Below are positions 1-8,940 of a stretch of DNA of 64,000 nucleotides, piece by piece. Each line of letters begins with the position of its first letter. Position 1 is the stretch's first letter. The notes beneath the pieces were generated by a model. The model was given only the letters and a program-made list of their open reading frames with translations, ran no database searches and was not told the origin of the DNA. The stretch covers positions 128,001-192,000 of the forward strand of contig JACPJW010000001.1 of the NCBI GenBank assembly GCA_016187335.1. The letters run 5' to 3'. This DNA is from Candidatus Aenigmatarchaeota archaeon (GTDB taxonomy: Archaea > Aenigmatarchaeota > Aenigmatarchaeia > GW2011-AR5). Position numbers and translations under genes: made by a program.

Positions 1-2
1 TG

Positions 3-58
3 CATCTTCAAAGAGCAAAGCTCTTTGAGATCTCAAAAACCTCTGGTTTTTGAAGATG
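3..58. repeat. Bulged double-hairpin element (family B)
   Basis: catc-t-tcaaagagc/aaa/gctctttga-gatc-tcaaaaacc/tct/ggtttttga-a-gatg; same architecture as copies at 4798, 8812, 48282 and 53797. Confidence 0.7.
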
Positions 59-132
59 TTATCCAGAATACGTTGTGTTTCATCTGCTGTCTGAAGACAG
101 CAGTTTTCAACGTATTCTCGGATAAACATAAT

Positions 133-251
133 CCACCGACTAAAGTCGGTGGTATTTCGGAGAAATACCACATATCTTATTAGTGGATTATGTTATACAG
201 AACATACCACTTTAATACCACCATCTAAAGATAGGTGGTATGTTCTTGTAT
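133..251. mobile_element. Hairpin cluster resembling IS200/IS605 end remnant
   Basis: ccaccgac-taaa-gtcggtgg (133-152) and ataccaccatc-taaa-gataggtggtat (215-241), each with an alternative pairing partner; no transposase ORF in the window. Confidence 0.4.
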
Positions 252-353
252 CAAAATGAAGGGGGTGTCAGATTTTCTTAATGAAACCGGAAAGCATTTT
301 CCGTCTTAATTAAAGCCTTTTAAAAGTTCTTCTCAATTATTGATGCTGATATT

Positions 354-899
354 ATGGCCTTGAAAAAGCAGTGGTACGAAATAACCGCCCCGAAGATGTT
401 CGGCGAGCGGGTTGTCGGGGAAACTTTAGCCGTTGACCCCAAGCAGCTTGTGGGCAGGAAAGTACAGGTAAGCATAGTGGAAGTGAGCAAGGATTTTTCC
501 CGCTTTTTTGTAAAACTGAACTTTAAAATCACGGACGTCAGCGGCACGAGAGCCGCCACAAAGCTTGTGGGCCACGACGTGATGAGCGAGCGCATCTACA
601 GGATGGTCCAGCGCTACGTGCGCAGGGTTGACGTTATACAGGATGTTGTCACAAAGGACGGCGTGAAAGTCCGCGTCAAGACGGTGTTCACGCTTGCAAG
701 GCGCGTCAACAGCGCCCTGAAAACAGCCGCAAGAAAGGTTGCTTTTGACTTTATTGAAAAAACCGCCACGGCAATGAATTTCGACGACCTGATGCAGTCG
801 GTGATCAAGGGCGACATCCAGCACAGGCTCCGCAGGGAATGCTCAAAGGTTTATCCCGTAGCCAATGTGGAAATCCGCAAAACGGAAGTTATGGGGTAA
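354..899 (+). CDS. rps3ae: 30S ribosomal protein S3Ae (eS1)
   Basis: KQWYEITAPKMF, LVGRKV and VQRYVRRVD motifs typical of archaeal eS1. Confidence 0.95.
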   Translation: MALKKQWYEITAPKMFGERVVGETLAVDPKQLVGRKVQVSIVEVSKDFSRFFVKLNFKITDVSGTRAATKLVGHDVMSERIYRMVQRYVRRVDVIQDVVTKDGVKVRVKTVFTLARRVNSALKTAARKVAFDFIEKTATAMNFDDLMQSVIKGDIQHRLRRECSKVYPVANVEIRKTEVMG

Positions 900-900
900 A

Positions 901-1575
901 CTAAACAAAATTGCAGAGAAAAGAAATAACTGAAGGATCGAAATGTTCCCGATCGATGTGACCGTAATAACCCACTAGCTTCTTTGCTGTTTTCAGATTT
1001 CTGAATTTTTCAAGCGCCTTTTCGCGTTCTTGGCGGACATATTGCGGCGATACCCCCAGTAATTTTCCTACTTGGCTGAGACTCCTTGGTGTATCCCCGC
1101 CGAACCCGTAAATTAATTTAATAATCTGTCTCTGCTTGGGTGTAACGATAGAAAGAGCTTCGTGCATAACAGTGACAAGATCTTCCCTTGCAACGTGATC
1201 CACAAGTTCCTCTTCATACCATACAAATTCTGAATGTGTTCCCATAACATCGCGGAAAGGCACTTCTTGGACTGTTTTGTCAGGCCGGGAAACAAATTCC
1301 TTTAGATATAGAGGAAAAGTATTTTCCGGTTCAAGTGGTACGCCCCTTCCTGAGTAGAATTTGCATATGTTCTCCTGAATGTGACGGGGAGGATATGTTC
1401 TTATGGTTTCAATCTGACTGAAATAACATACACTGATGCCTGCTCCTCGTGCGACATCTTTTTGGAGCAGCCCCAAGTCCTTTCTTGCTCTTACCAGAAC
1501 ATCGTTTCTTAACGTCGTATTTCCGCGTTGCCTGTGAAGACCATTAGAAACGGGATAAACCATCATGCCAATCAA
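901..1575 (-). CDS. XRE-type HTH fused to sigma-70 region 4-like HTH
   Basis: N-terminal RARKDLGLLQKDVARGAGISVCYFSQIE (XRE); C-terminal TPKQRQIIKLIYGF..PRSLSQVGKLLGVSPQYVRQEREKALEKFR (RpoD region 4 pattern); start uncertain. Confidence 0.7.
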   Translation of the reverse strand: MIGMMVYPVSNGLHRQRGNTTLRNDVLVRARKDLGLLQKDVARGAGISVCYFSQIETIRTYPPRHIQENICKFYSGRGVPLEPENTFPLYLKEFVSRPDKTVQEVPFRDVMGTHSEFVWYEEELVDHVAREDLVTVMHEALSIVTPKQRQIIKLIYGFGGDTPRSLSQVGKLLGVSPQYVRQEREKALEKFRNLKTAKKLVGYYGHIDREHFDPSVISFLCNFV

Positions 1576-1635
1576 ATTCTGTATAGAAAATCTTTAATTA
1601 TCTTAAGCTTTCTTTCGGCTTCTTGTGAAAATTTC

Positions 1636-1806
1636 TTACTGCCTTATCATCTCGTATATTTCTCCCGGTCTCGCCAGGACAAGATTTCCGGCTGGAATTG
1701 CCCTGCCAGAAATTTCATAATCTTCTTGCAGTCTTACAACAACCCATGTTTCTGTGGGCCCCCATTCAACGCTTACCATTGCATGAGCCTTTCTTTCATC
1801 CTCCAT
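1636..1806 (-). CDS. Small hypothetical protein
   Basis: 56-aa ORF filling the gap between neighbours; protein-like composition; start uncertain. Confidence 0.35.
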   Translation of the reverse strand: MEDERKAHAMVSVEWGPTETWVVVRLQEDYEISGRAIPAGNLVLARPGEIYEMIRQ

Positions 1807-1897
1807 CCCCCTGTAAAATAATCGGGCTCCCCGCTTTAGGTTTGGAAAACCTTCATACCCGACGGGAACGAAAATGCTTCCAAGTTCTTGCATTTAT

Positions 1898-2299
1898 TCA
1901 CCTTTCCTCTTCCTTCATGACTTCCTTTATTTCTTCTATATCCTTCTCTATTTTCTTTATCAGCCTTTTTTCGCCGTTTTCCTTGGGGGGCGTTGCTGCT
2001 TCTTCCTCTTTCATGGCATCCTTGATTTCCTTGACTTCCTCCTTTATTTCCTTGACGTCTTCCTCCCCGTGGCTTCCCCACGGCTCTTCCGTCCTGTCAA
2101 TGGCAGCGTTCGTGCCCGCGGAAATCCACATCAGGCCGGCTATGGCAAAAAGCGAGAAGGAAAGCAGTATTGCCAGCGTGAACGACGCCTCCGTGGTGCC
2201 CTCTACCCATCGCAGGTTCCCGGCTATGATAGCGCCTATGAAAAAGAACACTGCCCCCAGAATCCACAGGCCGTGAACGTAAAAATCAAAGCGGGGCAT
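1898..2299 (-). CDS. Hypothetical membrane protein with E/K-rich tail
   Basis: Two hydrophobic helices followed by a charged coiled-coil-like C-terminus. Confidence 0.75.
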   Translation of the reverse strand: MPRFDFYVHGLWILGAVFFFIGAIIAGNLRWVEGTTEASFTLAILLSFSLFAIAGLMWISAGTNAAIDRTEEPWGSHGEEDVKEIKEEVKEIKDAMKEEEAATPPKENGEKRLIKKIEKDIEEIKEVMKEEER

Positions 2300-2317
2300 G
2301 ATTATCTACCATTCATT

Positions 2318-2662
2318 TTAAGGCATCTTTAGAAGTTCTTGATCAATGTCATCAATGCGTCCTAATGTACCACGAGTCAGCACGAAGCCCAGCGCCGCGC
2401 CCGCGGCTGTACCTGTTGCGAGAGAGCGCCGGCGCTCGCCCGTCGAATCATGATGCAGATAGTCTTTCGCTTTGTCTACGAGTTCCCTAGCCACGCGGTA
2501 CAATAAGGTAGCCGCTGCCGCGCAAACAATCCCGTCTGCCGTGTAATGTCCCGCTCCTGTTCTCGGTTTTCCTCTCGGTTGCGTGCCATCAGGCAGAGGC
2601 CTGACGAGCCTCAGGTGTGGATGAGATCCTCTCGCGGATACCGGATTTCTTTGATAATGCAT
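2318..2662 (-). CDS. Hypothetical protein (ORFan)
   Basis: 114-aa ORF tightly packed with neighbours; two Ala/Gly-rich hydrophobic segments. Confidence 0.45.
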   Translation of the reverse strand: MHYQRNPVSARGSHPHLRLVRPLPDGTQPRGKPRTGAGHYTADGIVCAAAATLLYRVARELVDKAKDYLHHDSTGERRRSLATGTAAGAALGFVLTRGTLGRIDDIDQELLKMP

Positions 2663-2666
2663 TGTT

Positions 2667-2897
2667 TCACCTTTGATACATTGCTGGCGTGATTCCGAGA
2701 GCCCTGTACATTTCTGCTGTCCTTTGGCGCTCCTCTATTTCTAGTCTCATTTCGCTGACTGCTCCCTCAATGTCGAAATCAGCACGTGAGAGATAATCTC
2801 CCATCCGGACTGCAGCCGTGGCTCCTATAGCGGTGATTGCGACTAACGCAGCAGCCTTTTGCAGTAAACGCATTAAACCACTTGTAATTACTAACAA
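2667..2897 (-). CDS. Hypothetical protein (ORFan)
   Basis: 76-aa ORF with hydrophobic N-terminus. Confidence 0.45.
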   Translation of the reverse strand: MLVITSGLMRLLQKAAALVAITAIGATAAVRMGDYLSRADFDIEGAVSEMRLEIEERQRTAEMYRALGITPAMYQR

Positions 2898-2935
2898 GTG
2901 AAAGGTTTAAAAGGTTATTTTTTTACATAGCTGTT

Positions 2936-3319
2936 ATGACGGAATTCGTTCTCGTTCATGACGGAATAGAACTAGAAAGCCGGGAACGCCTGAACAGACG
3001 CGGCATCAAGACTTATTGGAGGCAACACCCTCTCTTTGGATCCTCCATATTCAGCCTCTTCCCGTGGCGCGACAGCGTGTACAAGCGCGCGATTATCGTT
3101 GATGGGTCTAATCCAGAAAGCTACTTGAGGGAATTGATCGTAATAAGGTTTGTTCTCGAGCAAGGCGGCTGCGACGTATTAAACTTCCGCGAGCCTGCAC
3201 GAGCTCTTGCTGCATATGGTCCTGATACTGACCTGGTCGTAGCCTATTACCACATTAACAAGAATTCGACTGGTATCGGTACGATAGAAGAAATGATGGA
3301 AAAGGCGAAGCGGTCTTGA
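2936..3319 (+). CDS. Hypothetical protein (ORFan)
   Basis: 127-aa ORF with upstream AT-rich promoter-like region, convergent with next gene. Confidence 0.6.
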   Translation: MTEFVLVHDGIELESRERLNRRGIKTYWRQHPLFGSSIFSLFPWRDSVYKRAIIVDGSNPESYLRELIVIRFVLEQGGCDVLNFREPARALAAYGPDTDLVVAYYHINKNSTGIGTIEEMMEKAKRS

Positions 3320-4582
3320 TTACTTCTTCTTGCCCTTGCTTATCTTCAGCCTTCCTTCCAGAATCGGCTCTAAATCGCGCACAAACCTGCGGACGTATTC
3401 TCTTGTCAGCTCAATGTCGCGCTGGGGGATTTCTCCGACCTTGTCCTCGTCCAGCAGCTTCCGCATCGTGACGACCTGCCGGAAAACCTCGGAGAAGTAC
3501 GGGTCAACATGCCCCTGGTCTATCAGATAGTTTTTTACAGCGTGCGGCAGGTCCTTGGGATCCTCCGGAAGGTGCTCCATCTTCTTCAAAGCAGCAACAG
3601 CCGCCTTGATCATCACTTCATAGTTTTTCTCGACAATGTTTTCCTTCTTCTTTTTCTGCAATTGCATCAGCAGCTGCTCCATCCTTGAAACGAACTGCTT
3701 TGACTTTGTTATGAACTCGTCCACTTCGGCTCCTGATATGTCCTTTACTTCCTTGTGCTCTATGCGCTTCCTGAAGTCAATGATTTTCTCAAGGTCCTGC
3801 AAATAATTTTCCTCCAGCAGCTTCTGGTCAACAAGGTGCTCCTTGACGGCAACGGGCGTGTGCTTCGGCGACGGCGGGTTCTGCCCTAAATACATTAAAA
3901 CTGCCTGCGCGCTGTTGAGCATGGCGTAGTAGAGGTCTTCAGCGACCATGTACAATTTTGCTGTTTCCACGCGGTTTATTTTCTGCGGCGCGGCTTCCAT
4001 GAACTTTTCCACTGCCTCAAGCGTTGTGGGTATCTTTCCCAGCTCAAGCAGCTTTCTCACGGGGATGAAAAATCCCGTGTCGTAGAGAGCCCACCCGTCC
4101 CTGACTATGGTGAACAGCAAAGGATGCCCTATGCGGGCCATGTCCCAGAATTCGGTGAGCGACCACGCGGGCTGCACTGTGATGTATTCTGAAATCTTTT
4201 TGGACAAATCATACAATTCGTCGTCAAACCTGTCCTTCATCTCCGGCGTAAAGCGGGCGAACGTATCATCGTAAACAACAAGTATGTCTATGTCGCTTTT
4301 TTCATGGAAGTCGCCGCGCACCAGCGAGCCGAACAGGACAACGCTCTTGATTATGTTCTTGTAGCGCTTCAGAACCTCGTCCTTGTATTTGTTCGCGAGC
4401 GCCATCTGCTTCTTGCGCAGCTTTTCCCGCGCTTCGTCAACCTTTTTGTGGGGCTGCTGCGGAATAACCTGCTGGGGCATGAATGCTTCCGTCATGCTTT
4501 CTTGATGCTTCATCTTGTAGGCTTTTTTCGCTTCCTTTGCCGGCTTGCGCTGCTTCTTCTTTGCTTTTCTGGCCATCTTCAT
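3320..4582 (-). CDS. Minimal nucleotidyltransferase-HEPN fusion protein
   Basis: LFGSLVRGDFHEKSDIDILVV (pol-beta-like NTase); YYAMLNSAQAVL and RKRIEH (Rx4H) HEPN motifs; second degenerate HEPN-like helical domain. Confidence 0.85.
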   Translation of the reverse strand: MKMARKAKKKQRKPAKEAKKAYKMKHQESMTEAFMPQQVIPQQPHKKVDEAREKLRKKQMALANKYKDEVLKRYKNIIKSVVLFGSLVRGDFHEKSDIDILVVYDDTFARFTPEMKDRFDDELYDLSKKISEYITVQPAWSLTEFWDMARIGHPLLFTIVRDGWALYDTGFFIPVRKLLELGKIPTTLEAVEKFMEAAPQKINRVETAKLYMVAEDLYYAMLNSAQAVLMYLGQNPPSPKHTPVAVKEHLVDQKLLEENYLQDLEKIIDFRKRIEHKEVKDISGAEVDEFITKSKQFVSRMEQLLMQLQKKKKENIVEKNYEVMIKAAVAALKKMEHLPEDPKDLPHAVKNYLIDQGHVDPYFSEVFRQVVTMRKLLDEDKVGEIPQRDIELTREYVRRFVRDLEPILEGRLKISKGKKK

Positions 4583-4588
4583 CGCCTT

Positions 4589-4680
4589 TATAGTTCTACA
4601 AGGAAAGATTCTGGATATTATTTCCTTGTGAACTATATGTGAACCCAGTATAACATATCCTGATTATTTACTGGGTTCAC
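4589..4680. promoter_or_regulatory. Two long inverted repeats upstream of the NTase-HEPN gene
   Basis: tatagttctacaaggaaa (4589-4606) vs tttccttgtgaactata (4621-4637), one bulge; gtgaacccagta (4639-4650) vs tactgggttcac (4669-4680), perfect 12 bp. Confidence 0.5.
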
Positions 4681-4782
4681 TATAACAGAAATTGTTAATG
4701 TATGGATTTAAATAGAAATAGGAAGTACTTTCATTCAAAAAGTTTGCGTTGGCTTAATTTCCGTTAACGCTTTTTAAAATAC

Positions 4783-4869
4783 AAATAATATGTTTCTTTG
4801 CTCAGAAAGCGAAAGCTTTCTGGCAACTCAAGAAGCTTACGCTTCTTCGAGTTTTCCCGAGGGTTTTTC
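4783..4869 (+). repeat. 87-bp direct repeat, copy 1 (contains family B double hairpin)
   Basis: Identical by eye to 8797-8883. Confidence 0.9.
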
Positions 4870-4913
4870 GAAACAGCTTGACGCACTTTGTGCGTCGTTC
4901 GGCTCGAAAAGGC

Positions 4914-6590
4914 TCACCGGAACTTCCTCTTTTCCCATTCCTGCGCCTTGCCTTTCCTCACGGCTTCGCCGCCAAGGAAGGTGTGCTTCTCCTCCGGGAT
5001 TGCCAGAACGTCGTGGAGCGGGTCCCACGCGTGCTCCCTGATTGTAACCAGCTGCCTTGCCCATATGTCCTTGTTGTCAAAAGACATGCCGAAGAATTCC
5101 GGCGGCAACTGGTCAGGTTCGGTGTCGTTGTCAAGGAATTTGGATATCTGCCGGAGGACCCATATGCTGTGCTCAAAGACGTTGAACGCGCTCTGGTCTC
5201 CCGGGCGGCGGCCGGCGCCCCTTTCAAAAATAAGGTAGCCGTCGCTGAATCCTTTCTTGCGGAAGGCAAAAATCCACTTGTACAGAACCTCCTGCGCCTG
5301 CGAGCCTAAGGGTATTGGTATATGCGCAGGGTGGTAAGGCTTCGGCTCTCCCAGATGTAACATCTTTATCTGCTTCCCGAAATCCTCGGGCGCGTCCTTG
5401 ACGAGCTTGTCCGGGTCAATCCTCTGCGTAAGCATGTGCTCAAAGTCAATAGTCATTTTAAAGTATGGCGAGCTTATTTTTTTTATCAGGTGGTAGAACT
5501 CCAGGGGATTGAAGAACCTGTAAAGCCCTTCCTGCCCCGCGCCCGCCTCGGGATTTTCAAAAAGTATGTACAATTCCTTATCGCCGACGAAATCCTTGAC
5601 CGTCTTGCCGTCCAGGTCCTTGTTCTTCACGGCGGCAAAATGCCCCTCTATGTACTTCGCAGCGACGGCGGCATTGAACTGCAAAGGCTTGTCGTTGTAG
5701 GCTTCTTCCGGCGTTAGGTTGCCGACAATGCTTGTCCACAAAGGGTCGCCCGCCTCTTTCATTGAATGCGCCACAACCATGTAAGCGTCTATCTCGCCGC
5801 CTTCCAGGACGTACCGGGTATAAGGGGACTTTTTCCACGCTTCGTAAAAGAAATCGCGGCTCCCCCGGGTTTCCCTTTCTTGTTCGTTCTGGGCTGCGGC
5901 GCTGAATTCCTGGTTGATTTTTTCCTCTTGCTGTCTCTGGAGTTCAGGGTGCAGCCGCTGGTACTCAGGATTTCGCCTTAGCGCTTCAATCGCCTTTTTG
6001 ATCCTTTCCGCGTATTTCCGCCTTATTTCTTCCCATTTTTTCTCGGCCAGTTCCTGATACGGCTTCTCGCTCATTATGTGGCGCCCGAGGGCGTTTATTT
6101 CCATCATCCTCATAACGTATTCCTTCGCTGCTTTTGATTTATCGCAAAGCACCGGGAACGGTTCGCCCGTGGGCGTGACAACGTGGTAGGAAAACCCGAA
6201 AGGCCTTATCCTCGCTTCCTCCTGCTGCAGGATGATGGAAGCAGAATAATGGTAATTGATGTACTTGAAACCCAGCTCCGCGGAGCGCTTCACGGTCTCG
6301 ACCATCCTGCTGTGGACCTGCTCCCATGTTTTCCGCTCCGCGCTCTCGAACGCGCCCATCTGGCTTATCTCGCCGTGCAGGCCGATTTCCAGGCCCAGGT
6401 CCTTCTGCATGCGCTTCATGTTTTCCTTGAGCCGCGGCTCTAAGAATTCAGAAATTGTTTCCAGGTCAAGCTGCGTGAACCTTATGCCGCCCGTCGCGCC
6501 CAGGCCGCCGGCTTTCTGCGCAAGCCCCAGCAGCGAAGGGTCTTTTCCTATGTTCCAGAAGCCCGTTGAAATCCCGACTTTGTATGCCAT
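4914..6590 (-). CDS. Xylose isomerase-like / AP endonuclease 2 TIM-barrel protein with large helical insertion
   Basis: Ordered metal-ligand motifs GLHG, NYHY, FENP, IDFEH, LHLGE, HIPI, FERG; start at MAYKV follows GAAGGAG. Confidence 0.75.
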   Translation of the reverse strand: MAYKVGISTGFWNIGKDPSLLGLAQKAGGLGATGGIRFTQLDLETISEFLEPRLKENMKRMQKDLGLEIGLHGEISQMGAFESAERKTWEQVHSRMVETVKRSAELGFKYINYHYSASIILQQEEARIRPFGFSYHVVTPTGEPFPVLCDKSKAAKEYVMRMMEINALGRHIMSEKPYQELAEKKWEEIRRKYAERIKKAIEALRRNPEYQRLHPELQRQQEEKINQEFSAAAQNEQERETRGSRDFFYEAWKKSPYTRYVLEGGEIDAYMVVAHSMKEAGDPLWTSIVGNLTPEEAYNDKPLQFNAAVAAKYIEGHFAAVKNKDLDGKTVKDFVGDKELYILFENPEAGAGQEGLYRFFNPLEFYHLIKKISSPYFKMTIDFEHMLTQRIDPDKLVKDAPEDFGKQIKMLHLGEPKPYHPAHIPIPLGSQAQEVLYKWIFAFRKKGFSDGYLIFERGAGRRPGDQSAFNVFEHSIWVLRQISKFLDNDTEPDQLPPEFFGMSFDNKDIWARQLVTIREHAWDPLHDVLAIPEEKHTFLGGEAVRKGKAQEWEKRKFR

Positions 6591-6675
6591 TGTTTTATCT
6601 CCTTCACTCATCAATGCGGAAGTGATTTCCTTCTGTTGCAAAGTTCAGGAACCCTCCGGTTCCTTCCGTCTTGCT

Positions 6676-8292
6676 TTACTGCCCGTAGCCGCTCTTCTGC
6701 TTGATGAAGTTGGTGATCGTGGCGTAACGCGCGTACGCCGCGGAGCGCACATGGCCCTTTGATATCCTTTCAAAAAAGTCATGCTCGTACGGGCCTTTCT
6801 TGGCGAACATGAACTCAAAGCCGAAGTAGTCAAAGAATTTCTTCGCCGGCTGCAGCCAGTCCCTTTCATCCTTGGGTTTTTGCCCTTTCGGCGTGCATAT
6901 GGGGCATCCGGGGTCCCTCACGCCGATCAGGTTGTCAATATAGTGGTTCATCTCCACCTGCTTCGCCTTCATCTCGAGGAGCTTTGCAAAGAGCGCGTTC
7001 TCGCTCATGTAGATGTAGTTGACATCAAAAGTGCCGTCCTCCATCTCCGAGCCCGTCGGCATCCTGATGTTCAGCTTTTCCAGGGTTATTATAAAGAAGC
7101 TGTAATACATCTTGACAGGGTCTATCCACGGCCTTATGCCGGCTCCCTGGCTCTCGCGGGTCGTCATGAATTTTTCCTGTTCCTTCACCCATTCGTCGGT
7201 TATCCACGGGAAGTCAGCCACGAGGCCGTGATCTTTGTGAAATATGAGGTTTTTCTTGGTCCAGCTGTCATAAGGCCTGACAGCACCTTCAGCCCTTTCC
7301 TGCCCGAGAAGCTCTGTCCCGCCCTTGTAAAGCTCCGGAGGGGTTGCGCCGAACTCCCTCCATGTCCACAGCTCTATCTGGTTGAAAGAAGTGGCATGCC
7401 CTGCCGGCATCGCAAAGAGCGAGCTTAGCGTGCTCCTTGCTCCGGGCCCAATACCCAGCCCTTCCTGAAGTATCTGGTGCCTTGCAACGTAAGGCTTCAG
7501 CCACTCCCTGTACTGGTCAACGGACGATTCCCTGCTCCGCACGAGCTCCCTTATTCTCCTGAACCTGTCCTGGATTTCTCCTCCGAAAAGCTTTTTCCAT
7601 TCCATGTAGAGCTTGTTCTTTGTCACTAAGACAACGGCTTCAGCCTTTGACACGTCCATCTTTTCTTTTACCTTGTCCGGGTCCGTGTCGCTGTCGTTCA
7701 GCTTCATGAAGTCAACAATCAGCGTCGGCCACCTGCTCACTATGGTCCTTATCGCTATGCCCTCGCCCGTGTGCACGTCCACCTGGTCTATGAAAACGCT
7801 CCTGAGCGCATGCTCGTCCTTTTCCTTCTTTTCCTTGAAGCCGTTTGCTGATTCGTCGTATTCATAGCCGAAGTAGTCCAGGAATTCCCTGTACTTGCGC
7901 TCGTCGTGCTTCAGCAGCTCCAGATCCGCTACGGACTGCGCGGCCGAGGCAAGTCCTGCCTTTATCTGCTGCTCCACCTCCTGCTTCTGCTTTACCGTGA
8001 GCTGGTAGTATTGCTGGTGGACCGGCGAGACTTCTATCCATTCGTCTGCCTTCTGCACGAAGAACTCCCATTTTCTCAGCTGGAAAACCAGCGAGAAATA
8101 AATGCCTGATATGAACCCGGGAGGCCCCGTAGGATTGATTCTCGTGTGCCCTTCATAAGGCAGAGCAAAGACCAGGTTGCCTATGTTTTTGTGTGCCCAG
8201 TCGTCAAGGGGCATCCCCTCGACAACCGCCGGTACCTGGTTCGTGTAAGTCCTCGCGAGATTTGATAAAGCGAATCTTCCCATATTCCACAT
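6676..8292 (-). CDS. Large uncharacterised protein with coiled-coil segments
   Basis: ~540-aa ORF with core-like codon usage; start 8292 or 8283. Confidence 0.8.
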   Translation of the reverse strand: MWNMGRFALSNLARTYTNQVPAVVEGMPLDDWAHKNIGNLVFALPYEGHTRINPTGPPGFISGIYFSLVFQLRKWEFFVQKADEWIEVSPVHQQYYQLTVKQKQEVEQQIKAGLASAAQSVADLELLKHDERKYREFLDYFGYEYDESANGFKEKKEKDEHALRSVFIDQVDVHTGEGIAIRTIVSRWPTLIVDFMKLNDSDTDPDKVKEKMDVSKAEAVVLVTKNKLYMEWKKLFGGEIQDRFRRIRELVRSRESSVDQYREWLKPYVARHQILQEGLGIGPGARSTLSSLFAMPAGHATSFNQIELWTWREFGATPPELYKGGTELLGQERAEGAVRPYDSWTKKNLIFHKDHGLVADFPWITDEWVKEQEKFMTTRESQGAGIRPWIDPVKMYYSFFIITLEKLNIRMPTGSEMEDGTFDVNYIYMSENALFAKLLEMKAKQVEMNHYIDNLIGVRDPGCPICTPKGQKPKDERDWLQPAKKFFDYFGFEFMFAKKGPYEHDFFERISKGHVRSAAYARYATITNFIKQKSGYGQ

Positions 8293-8405
8293 TATAGCTT
8301 TGTTCAATATAATAAGTTTTTCGCTGGCGGCGAAGATAATTATCAGCATAAACGGGCATCCGAATGATTTTGTTTATGCGAGAAACAAGAATATTCTTTC
8401 CGTTT

Positions 8406-8744
8406 TCAAAAAAGCAGCAGATATATTCCTATTATCAGGAAAATCAGGCCGAAAAATACGCCGGTCTTGGACATCGCAGCCCGCTGGTAATCCGGCGCGA
8501 CGTCCGGGAACCCTACCACGAGGAAAATTCCCAGCGCCCCCAGAAGCAGCCCGGCTATTTTCCGGATGATGAATTCCCATGTTATCTTTGAGATGATAAT
8601 CCATCCGCCCGCAAAAATAAACACGGCGCCTATGAAAAGTATGAACAGCAGCTTCGGGTCGTCGGCGCCGCTGTCAACGGAAAATATTATCGCAAACACG
8701 CCGAAGGATATGAGAACGGCTGCGGCTATGATGTCAAGGACCAT
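8406..8744 (-). CDS. Small membrane protein (about 4 TM)
   Basis: Four hydrophobic segments in 112 aa. Confidence 0.75.
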   Translation of the reverse strand: MVLDIIAAAVLISFGVFAIIFSVDSGADDPKLLFILFIGAVFIFAGGWIIISKITWEFIIRKIAGLLLGALGIFLVVGFPDVAPDYQRAAMSKTGVFFGLIFLIIGIYLLLF

Positions 8745-8796
8745 CTGCTATCACTCTTCTTTATTTGTCGTCCCGTTCTATAAAGGTTTCTGGAAT

Positions 8797-8883
8797 AAAT
8801 AATATGTTTCTTTGCTCAGAAAGCGAAAGCTTTCTGGCAACTCAAGAAGCTTACGCTTCTTCGAGTTTTCCCGAGGGTTTTTC
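8797..8883 (+). repeat. 87-bp direct repeat, copy 2
   Basis: Identical by eye to 4783-4869; offset 4014 bp. Confidence 0.9.
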
Positions 8884-8940
8884 TTTGCAAAAGAAAAAGG
8901 CTCTTTTATAAACCCTGAACAATAATAATTAGGTTTTGCT

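Noticed and set aside
1822-1862. Nested stem tcggg/cccga with aggtt/aacct, possible riboswitch
   Set aside because: Stems are only 5 bp and I could not match a known aptamer consensus
4790-5041. 83-aa ORF MFLCSESESFLATQEAY
   Set aside because: It is a translation of the family B repeat running into the antisense of the TIM-barrel gene end
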